Both the position numbers and the translations under genes were made by a program. This document shows positions 10,060-17,395 of a stretch of DNA of 43,595 bases, in pieces (position 1 is the first letter of the stretch; each line of letters opens with the position of its first letter). This stretch comes from a virus (lineage: Duplodnaviria > Caudoviricetes), in the IMG/VR virus record IMGVR_UViG_3300010158_005116, positions 1-43,595 of that record; one strand, given 5' to 3'. A model generated the notes under the pieces. It searched no databases. It was not told the origin of the DNA and worked only from the letters and a program-made list of their open reading frames with translations.

Positions 10060-10861
10060 TAGTAAGCTTGAGTAGAACGCGACAGGATTTTGAAGGAATG
10101 TCTTTGAAGGCTTTCCAGTCTTTAATTTCGGTGATAGCTTCTTGAAGAGACTTTAGAGAAGCAGAATCCCCAGCATCAGCATCAGCATACGATTTCCAAA
10201 GCTTCCTCAAGAATGCAGTGAAGTCTTCAAACGATTGGATTTTTAGACTTTCATTTACAACTTTTTCTAGCGTGCCTTGTGGAGTAAGTGGAAGAGCGTT
10301 GGAAATAAGCAAATCACTGATATCACTTACGCGATTCTTAGACTTGTCGATTTCATCAGCACCAACGATATGAATATTGAGAAAGTTGCGAACTGCACGG
10401 ACAAAAGCTCTATTACAAGCGATGGTTTCCAAAAACTTTAGACAAAAATCATCAGTATTCTTGGGTGTTGCGTTGGCGACATCCTCAAAAGCAACGATAT
10501 TTTTATCTGTTTCGTAATTTGGAATCCATTGAATCTTGCACTTGGCAAAAACATAATCTTCTTGGCGATTTTCTACCTGATAACCGACATAGCAAAAGCC
10601 TCGCAATTTAGCCAATTCTTTAATGCCGCCAAGCATAATGAGCAATTGCTTGTCGTCCAACCCTTCAATAGAAGTTGGAACTGGTTGCTTGCGAAGTTCA
10701 AACCAATCACGGTTTGGGTAAAGAAATTCTGGCTTGATCATTGCGCGCCAATTAACAGAACCGTCTTCATTAAAGACGTATTCTGTTCCCTCAATGAGGC
10801 CATGTTCGTTGCGCTTATAAAGTTCAAAAGGAGATTTAGTTTGTGTTTCTTGTGTAGACAT
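10031..10861 (-). CDS. Hypothetical protein, possibly Rad52/Sak-like single-strand annealing protein
   Basis: FEDVANAT...LETIACNRAFVRAVRNFLNI resembles the core helix of Rad52-like phage annealing proteins (weak, by eye). Confidence 0.4.
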   Translation of the reverse strand: MSTQETQTKSPFELYKRNEHGLIEGTEYVFNEDGSVNWRAMIKPEFLYPNRDWFELRKQPVPTSIEGLDDKQLLIMLGGIKELAKLRGFCYVGYQVENRQEDYVFAKCKIQWIPNYETDKNIVAFEDVANATPKNTDDFCLKFLETIACNRAFVRAVRNFLNIHIVGADEIDKSKNRVSDISDLLISNALPLTPQGTLEKVVNESLKIQSFEDFTAFLRKLWKSYADADAGDSASLKSLQEAITEIKDWKAFKDIPSKSCRVLLKLTNEYKKNNKS

Positions 10862-12005
10862 AGAAGTGATTTAGTTCTTGTAGTAGGTCTTCATTGTCTT
10901 CCAAATAGAAGTTTTTGTCAACAATATTCTGTCCTTTTTGGAAATGATATTTGCTGGGATATTGTTTTCCTTTAGAAATAATGGTTTTTGAAGAATTAAA
11001 CAACAGCTTGCTAATGTCTCCAACATTTTTATCTAGAATTTCTTTGTTTGCCTTCTGGTATGGCTGAACTTCGTAATCAAAATATTTATTCCTTATAAAT
11101 GCAAGATCCTCCTCATTTTTAACCAGCAGGGTAATAGGAACATTAAAGGATTGGGACGATTTTAAATACTCATCTGGGATTTGAAGATTTCTATCAGTGA
11201 TAAAATAAATATTTTTTAATTTACCAGAGAATCTTTTAAGAATATCCAAAGAAATAACTTTATCAGCAAATATCGAATAGCTGGATAAGAAATCTAACCA
11301 GCTAAAGAAAGACTTTTCATCTACTCCATAATCGGGACGAATAAATACATGAATATTTTTAAGATCATTAATAGGTTCAAAAAAATCAGGAACAAGCTCC
11401 AACACTCTATTGTGAAAATGACTGCCAATGAATTTGGTTTTGATCAAAGTATCTTGTTTAATTTTTAATTGAGCGAGGATTGCCGAAGCAATGACCTCTG
11501 GCTTGATTTGATTGATATAATCATTTGCATCTACGAGATTAAAACAAGGCTTGAGTTTCCAAGGAGCTTCTATTTTTGTTTGTCGTTTGCTCCAGTATCC
11601 GCAACTAATTGATGGGTAGACATTAGAAAATAATGTCACTTGTGGCAAATCAATTGAGCTGGCGTAATGAGAGAAAACATCATCAACTCCAATATGCAAC
11701 CGAGCTTTTGATATGATGTAAGCAGTATTCTTAAAGTCCATATCATAATACCTAGCATCTACGCCATTTAACACTGGACTTTTGGAAGATCCAATTTGAA
11801 TGATGCTTAGGCCCAATGGTCGAACAAACTTGCCAATCATATCCAAAACAGTATCGTAATATTTGTATTGTTTGGCTGGTACATTAACATCCAAACAAAT
11901 AGTGATATATTTGTCGAAAACGATTGGCCAAAATTGTTTTGCCACCATTGGCTTGGCGATTTTTACACCAAGGTTTTTTGCATATTCTTCTATTAAGTGA
12001 CTCAT
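10836..12005 (-). CDS. Protein with N-terminal GT9 (heptosyltransferase-like) C-lobe plus unknown C-terminal domain
   Basis: SHLIEEYAKNLG, IIQIG and TAYIISKARLHIGVDDVFSHYASSIDLPQVTLFS match the second Rossmann lobe of GT9. Confidence 0.7.
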   Translation of the reverse strand: MSHLIEEYAKNLGVKIAKPMVAKQFWPIVFDKYITICLDVNVPAKQYKYYDTVLDMIGKFVRPLGLSIIQIGSSKSPVLNGVDARYYDMDFKNTAYIISKARLHIGVDDVFSHYASSIDLPQVTLFSNVYPSISCGYWSKRQTKIEAPWKLKPCFNLVDANDYINQIKPEVIASAILAQLKIKQDTLIKTKFIGSHFHNRVLELVPDFFEPINDLKNIHVFIRPDYGVDEKSFFSWLDFLSSYSIFADKVISLDILKRFSGKLKNIYFITDRNLQIPDEYLKSSQSFNVPITLLVKNEEDLAFIRNKYFDYEVQPYQKANKEILDKNVGDISKLLFNSSKTIISKGKQYPSKYHFQKGQNIVDKNFYLEDNEDLLQELNHFYVYTRNTN

Positions 12006-13885
12006 TGTAATTGAAATTGAATGTTTTCTTTGCCGTTGTGGATGTAACTAATAAATTTTTGTGTTGTAGATGTTGGGAAAAATGCAAGATCAAAATACCC
12101 TTCAAAATCGCCAGCACCTTCTAAGACGAAAGCATTGTCAATTGATTCTGAATATTCTACACATTTGTAGACGTTCACGTTGTCTTCAATGTATTGAAAG
12201 TTGTGTGGACGAGTAATAATATAGATGTTGTGCTTGGGGTACTGTTTCTTGACGTTTCTGACAAGACCATTAATCAAGAATACATCAACATCCGAATCGG
12301 GCACTACAATAGCTAGTCTAAACCCCTTGTCATCTTTGCCCAAAACCTCTTCAAATTCGATAGGTTTTTTAGTTTGTTCGGAGCATTTGTTTTTAAAATG
12401 ATTATATAAGTCTTGCCCACTCATTCCTTTTTCGAACTCCCTTAGCCAATGTTTAACGCATGAACTATTTTTATCCACAGTTTCATTCATCATGTTTTTG
12501 TACAAATCAATAATAAAATCAGTTCCATTAGTTGCTGGAGGTGGCTCATATAGGGGATTCTTAAGAATAGCATCAAAAGAAAAATTATAATCAACGACAG
12601 GCATTGCATCAATCATATCTTCTATTCGTTTTCCTATCTGTTCAACGGAACAATTGTCAATAACAAATTGTCTGGCTTTGATTCCCCACGATGCTCTTTC
12701 CATAGAAGACATTTCATAGACTCTCATCAATTGATCAAAAATACTTTTGGGGCATGTAGATGCTTTAATAAACTGCGTACCTGGTTCGCGATATTCGCTC
12801 CATGCAAGCGGAAGTCCACCGCTATCTTCATTGCAATAATCTTCGCCGCAAGAATAATTAGTGACCAAAGTGACGAGTTCTGTCAATTTGGCTTCTTGAA
12901 CTGGAATCTCCTGACCGCCACTTGTAAATGGGTGGCAGTAAACATCCATCAAATTATAAATTTCATTTAGTTGAGACTCATCTACACCATGACTAATGTT
13001 TGTGGTATTAACTGATTTTTCAGAATGGCACGCTTTGCAGTTTAATTCTTGACCCGCAAAAGGTGTAACAAAGAATCGCTTGCATTTGTTGCAAAAGTAT
13101 GTTGTAAGAATGTCTGATTGATTGATCTGTTTTTCTTCAAGAAGTTTTAAAATGTCCCAACCTTCAGCCCAGTGAGTGTGAAGCAGTAGTTTTGCTTTTG
13201 GAACTTTGGCTTTAAAAAGTTTAAATCCATCAAGCATATTTGGAACACTTTTCCTCAATTGATTTCTAAAAACAAAACCGACAATAAATTCATCAGATAG
13301 TTTATATCTTGAACGCAATTGTTTTTTTTCGTCATCGCTCATGCGAAAGAACGTGGAAATATCTAGGCTACCTCTCAAAGTTTTCACATGGTCATAACCC
13401 ATTTCCTGAAATGCCTTTTCGGCAAAAGATGCCCAAACAAAATAATTCTTGATTTTGGGAGCCGCATCAATGGCAGAAGTCAAAATTGGAAGACTGTCCA
13501 AAGTCGTCCAAATCATTGTGTTTATCTTATCCCACCAAGGTTTTTCAAAATATCCATCAAATGCCCAAATATCTTCGATACCAATATATACATCGGGTTT
13601 GACTTCTTGGATTGCTTGATCAATCATATATGCCCCGTATGCAGCAATTCTTTGCTGATTGCCATCTTTCATTTGAGACATGGTTTCGGCACTAGGCAAA
13701 GATCCTATGCATCTCCAAGGAGTTGTTTGTATTTCTGGATCGCTCCAAAATCGTCCATTGGCGAACTCCACAACATTATATTTGCCAGTATCAAATAGAT
13801 ACCGAAGAATATTTTTCTTATTTTTACCAAAACCAGTAAAGGCTTTGCAAAAATTACTGTGAACCAAGATGGTTTTTTTAGTCAT
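12002..13885 (-). CDS. GT4-type glycosyltransferase with Zn-ribbon insert, DUF4214-like segment and C-terminal GT9 N-lobe
   Basis: TGFGK, FVFRNQLRKSVP and YNLMDVYCHPFTSGGQEIPVQEAKL (GT4-like); CNKC-x14-CKAC. Start taken at MTKKTIL (13885), coupled to the upstream gene. Confidence 0.82.
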   Translation of the reverse strand: MTKKTILVHSNFCKAFTGFGKNKKNILRYLFDTGKYNVVEFANGRFWSDPEIQTTPWRCIGSLPSAETMSQMKDGNQQRIAAYGAYMIDQAIQEVKPDVYIGIEDIWAFDGYFEKPWWDKINTMIWTTLDSLPILTSAIDAAPKIKNYFVWASFAEKAFQEMGYDHVKTLRGSLDISTFFRMSDDEKKQLRSRYKLSDEFIVGFVFRNQLRKSVPNMLDGFKLFKAKVPKAKLLLHTHWAEGWDILKLLEEKQINQSDILTTYFCNKCKRFFVTPFAGQELNCKACHSEKSVNTTNISHGVDESQLNEIYNLMDVYCHPFTSGGQEIPVQEAKLTELVTLVTNYSCGEDYCNEDSGGLPLAWSEYREPGTQFIKASTCPKSIFDQLMRVYEMSSMERASWGIKARQFVIDNCSVEQIGKRIEDMIDAMPVVDYNFSFDAILKNPLYEPPPATNGTDFIIDLYKNMMNETVDKNSSCVKHWLREFEKGMSGQDLYNHFKNKCSEQTKKPIEFEEVLGKDDKGFRLAIVVPDSDVDVFLINGLVRNVKKQYPKHNIYIITRPHNFQYIEDNVNVYKCVEYSESIDNAFVLEGAGDFEGYFDLAFFPTSTTQKFISYIHNGKENIQFQLQ

Positions 13886-14363
13886 TTGATTTGCTGGTAA
13901 AAGACATAGTGGAAAGTCTGTAGTTAAAAAGCTCAGATAAAACAAATTTAAAAAACTCTCTTAGAGTATACGCTTCGCCCACTTCAATACCAATGCCAAA
14001 TTTAATTGCAGAATTTTTGGTTACAGATAGTGAAAATGCTTTGCCGCCATCTTTTTTCGCATAAGGAGCAAAACTAATCACTGTTTTGTTGTCATCAAAA
14101 ATATGAAACGCTTTATATTCTACACCATTTTCGATTGCATTAATAAATCCGCCAAGTTCAAATTCATTCAATTTAACTACAATAGTCTTTTCGGGGTTCT
14201 TTGCATTTTCAGAAAACGAACCATTCTTTGTTTTGTCATTCCAAGAATGCTGGTGAATAGCGTTGATGTAAACACAGGGAAATTTATCTTTTCCAGAAGT
14301 GCCCAAATTAAAGGCAAAGGCGCATCCCATGTTTTTAGAATTTGGCTTGTATAGCGTTATCAT
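13878..14363 (-). CDS. Hypothetical protein, possibly PC4/Whirly-like ssDNA-binding fold
   Basis: 161 aa with two repeats of a beta-strand run followed by a helix (VKLNEFELGGF / IGIEVGEAYTL); the fold call is weak. Confidence 0.45.
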   Translation of the reverse strand: MITLYKPNSKNMGCAFAFNLGTSGKDKFPCVYINAIHQHSWNDKTKNGSFSENAKNPEKTIVVKLNEFELGGFINAIENGVEYKAFHIFDDNKTVISFAPYAKKDGGKAFSLSVTKNSAIKFGIGIEVGEAYTLREFFKFVLSELFNYRLSTMSFTSKSND

Positions 14364-14425
14364 GCAGTATATTAAACAATAGAAGGGCTATTTCTATTTT
14401 TAAGGGTAAAAATTTGTGGGTATTT

Positions 14426-14431
14426 GTGTAA
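14426..14431 (+). promoter_or_regulatory. GTGTAA motif 9 nt upstream of ATG 14441 (putative phage late promoter)
   Basis: gtgtaa-tactgtttg-ATG at the head of the + strand fibre island. Confidence 0.55.
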
Positions 14432-14440
14432 TACTGTTTG

Positions 14441-14773
14441 ATGAGTGCCGCTTATACAGGAATTACTATAGAACAGAGGGCTTGTTTTGATTTGACGTTA
14501 ACTCTCACTCAAAACAACGCAATTTATAATCTAACTGGAGTTACTTTGACTGGGCAAATTCGTAGAGATTTCGACGATAAATTGCAAGCTGTTTTCCTAA
14601 CAGAAATTCTAAGCGTTCCAAGCGGAATAGCAAAAATTAGTTTAAATGGGAATGATACTGCGGCGATTGATCTTTCTCCATGCAGTTGGGATTTGTACGC
14701 CGATAGATCGGGGGCGTGCCCAGACAAACTCATGCAAGGACCTGTTTATATGGTTAAAAACATCACATATTAA
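14441..14773 (+). CDS. Small virion structural/adaptor protein (Ig-like, BppU/LtfC-like)
   Basis: ITIEQRACFDLTL, YNLTGVTLTGQIRR, GIAKISL, WDL...KLMQGPV match a common fibre-adjacent phage protein pattern. Confidence 0.65.
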   Translation: MSAAYTGITIEQRACFDLTLTLTQNNAIYNLTGVTLTGQIRRDFDDKLQAVFLTEILSVPSGIAKISLNGNDTAAIDLSPCSWDLYADRSGACPDKLMQGPVYMVKNITY

Positions 14774-17394
14774 TGAGTGATCAAATTGTCATTAACGTAA
14801 CTCCAAATCCATCCATTTTAATTAATGCGATAGATCATCAGCAAAGTATTGCCTTAAATCCAATTACTTTAAACCAAGGATTAATTAATCATGGAATTAC
14901 TCATATCAGTGGCGGAAGTGATGAGGTTCTGCACAATAGTTTGCGTAATCAAGGGGGTCAGGCTGGAGAATATTACCATCTTACCGCCAATCAATACAGC
15001 GGAGTTGTTTATCAAACAGGATTAAGCATATACGCCACTCAATATTTTGTTACTGGGATAAGTGGAAATCTTCAAAACCAGATTACGACTCTCAATAATA
15101 AGACTGGATCTTATACTCTTCATTCTGAAACTGGAGCTTTTTACGCAACATCTAACCCAAGCGGATTCATCACTGGCGTAAATTTAAGTGCATATGCTAC
15201 AACAGTGTATGTAACTGGAGTTAGTGGTGTTTTACAGGGGCAAATTACGACGCTTAATAACCAAACTGGTTCGTATACTTTGCATTCTGAAACTGGAGCT
15301 TTTTACCCATCTTCAAATCCAAGTGGATTTATCACTGGCGCGCCCAATTTATCTGGATATGCAACCGAAGCTTATGTAACTGGAGCGAGTGGATTTCTTC
15401 AACAAGAAATTACAACGCTTAATAACCAAACTGGTTTGTATGCTTTAAAATCTCAAACAGGATCTTTCATCACCACATCTCAAACTGGAGCTTTTTACGC
15501 TTCATCTAACCCAAGTGGTTATATCACTGGAGTTAATTTAAGTGCATATGCAACAACTGGATATGTAACTGGAGTTAGTGGAGTTTTACAGCAGCAAATT
15601 ACGACGCTTAATGGGCAGACTGGTTCATATACTTTGCATTCTGAAACTGGAGCTTTTTACCCATCTTCAAACCCAAGTGGTTATATCACTGGTGTTAATT
15701 TATCAGCTACAGGAGCTTTCCTAACAACTGGAAACGCAGACGCGAGATACGTATCTTTGACAAGCTCTCAAACTATTTCTGGAGCTAAAGCTTTTGATCA
15801 AAGACCTACCGTATTTGGAACGGGAGTAATGTTGAGTGGGGAAGCGGCACAACTGCCAACGACATTGGTTTATACAACTGGTGATCAAAACATTTCTGGA
15901 GTTAAGACATTTTTAACAGGAATTAATGTCAGCGGAGCAGTATCTATTGCTTCCCCAAGTGGATCAATCAATTATGCGGGCATTCAACTTTCTGGATACA
16001 ATGGCCAATCTCTCTTCCAATCAATACAAAATACTGCTGCGAGTGTTTCTGGCAGTACGGATATTTCCTTATACAACGACACTGGAGCTTATTTAGACTT
16101 AGGCATCGCTAGTAGCACCTATAATGGCAACCTATTCTCTCCTACATTCAATATTGTAAACTCTGGCGATTCTTATATTTATTCAACTGCTAAAAACTTT
16201 GTAGTTGGAACCGCATCATCTGGCGATGTTGTATTTTTCACAAGCGGAACGCTAAGTGGTAATGAGAGAATGAGAATTACTGCTGGTGGTAATGTGGGCA
16301 TTGGTACAGGCACACCTAATAGTGCTTTGACAGTAGTGGGAAATGTTAGTGCTACGGGGGGATTTACTTTCGGAACATATAATACCGTAGGGTATTATGG
16401 GATGAAATATGACCCAACATCTGGCGGAGCTGGCAAATTAACCCTTTCTAGAAGTGCTGGTGCTGGGGATATAATGATTACATTAGATCCCGCCTCTAAT
16501 GCGATTACTGCTGGGACTGTTAGAGCTAACACTCTACAAAATTCTTCCGTCACTACTATCATATCTTTGGGAGATTCTGCTAATACAGTTAATCAAAGAA
16601 ATGATTTAAACCCCCAAGCCTTTAACATCTACAACACCTACGTATCTGCAACTGGACACGAACGTCTATCCTTGGGGTGGACAGGCAATACAGGTAGAAT
16701 AGGAACTGATCAAGGAACAGGTTCTGGCTCCGCCAGAGACCTCCAATTCATGACAAGTGGAGTTGGAAGAATGACTATTTTAAGTGGTGGTAATGTGGGA
16801 ATTGGCACAAGTACGCCATCATCAACAGCTATTCTAGAATTATCATCTACGGGAAGAGGGTTTCTACCCCCTCGTCTTACAACAACTCAACGAAATGTCA
16901 TAGCATCTCCTGCGGATGGATTGGTAATCTATAATAGTACTCAAACAAATCTAAACACCTACAATTCAGGAATCTCTGGATGGGAAGCCGTTGTAGATTC
17001 AGACTATGTGCAAAATGTATCCACTTTAACACAGGCGCAATACAATGCATTATCTGGCGGTCCAGTTGCTACAACTCTTTATATCATAACAGACGCTCCG
17101 TCTGCTGGAACTAGTATAGCAAACATTGCATCCAAAACGTCAGACTATACAATCACAAGTTCAGACTACTGTATCAATGTAACAGCTTCAATTAACACGA
17201 CCATCACGCTACCTTCAGCAATTGGATTGGCTGGTTATATATTTGTTATTAAAAATTCAGGAACTGGTATTGTGACAGTTGTGCCAGCATCAGGAGAGCT
17301 TATAGATGGATCATCCTCAATGGTAATCGGAACGAGATACAATTCAATGACAGTAATGAGTCTAGGAACTTCAACGGGATATATTATTACGTAA
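14773..17394 (+). CDS. Tail fibre-like protein with internal repeats
   Basis: 873 aa, Thr/Ser/Gly-rich; QTISGAKAF/QNISGVKTF repeats; two RM.I..GGNVGIGT motifs; GFLPPRLTTTQRNVIASPADGLVIYN; LTQAQYNAL; C-terminal TITLPSA...FVIKNSGTG. Confidence 0.82.
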   Translation: MSDQIVINVTPNPSILINAIDHQQSIALNPITLNQGLINHGITHISGGSDEVLHNSLRNQGGQAGEYYHLTANQYSGVVYQTGLSIYATQYFVTGISGNLQNQITTLNNKTGSYTLHSETGAFYATSNPSGFITGVNLSAYATTVYVTGVSGVLQGQITTLNNQTGSYTLHSETGAFYPSSNPSGFITGAPNLSGYATEAYVTGASGFLQQEITTLNNQTGLYALKSQTGSFITTSQTGAFYASSNPSGYITGVNLSAYATTGYVTGVSGVLQQQITTLNGQTGSYTLHSETGAFYPSSNPSGYITGVNLSATGAFLTTGNADARYVSLTSSQTISGAKAFDQRPTVFGTGVMLSGEAAQLPTTLVYTTGDQNISGVKTFLTGINVSGAVSIASPSGSINYAGIQLSGYNGQSLFQSIQNTAASVSGSTDISLYNDTGAYLDLGIASSTYNGNLFSPTFNIVNSGDSYIYSTAKNFVVGTASSGDVVFFTSGTLSGNERMRITAGGNVGIGTGTPNSALTVVGNVSATGGFTFGTYNTVGYYGMKYDPTSGGAGKLTLSRSAGAGDIMITLDPASNAITAGTVRANTLQNSSVTTIISLGDSANTVNQRNDLNPQAFNIYNTYVSATGHERLSLGWTGNTGRIGTDQGTGSGSARDLQFMTSGVGRMTILSGGNVGIGTSTPSSTAILELSSTGRGFLPPRLTTTQRNVIASPADGLVIYNSTQTNLNTYNSGISGWEAVVDSDYVQNVSTLTQAQYNALSGGPVATTLYIITDAPSAGTSIANIASKTSDYTITSSDYCINVTASINTTITLPSAIGLAGYIFVIKNSGTGIVTVVPASGELIDGSSSMVIGTRYNSMTVMSLGTSTGYIIT
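15031..15705 (+). repeat. Four imperfect coding tandem repeats (~162-189 bp; 54-63 aa)
   Basis: Unit YAT..YVTG.SG.LQ.QITTLN.QTGSYTLHSETGAFY.SSNPSG(F/Y)ITGVNLS starts at about 15031, 15193, 15358 and 15547. Confidence 0.9.
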
Positions 17395-17395
17395 T

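Noticed and set aside
10893-10921. TTGACA-N17-GACAAT upstream of the 276-aa gene
   Set aside because: The -10 match is weak, it lies inside a coding region, and it does not show the start-proximal spacing of the other promoters.
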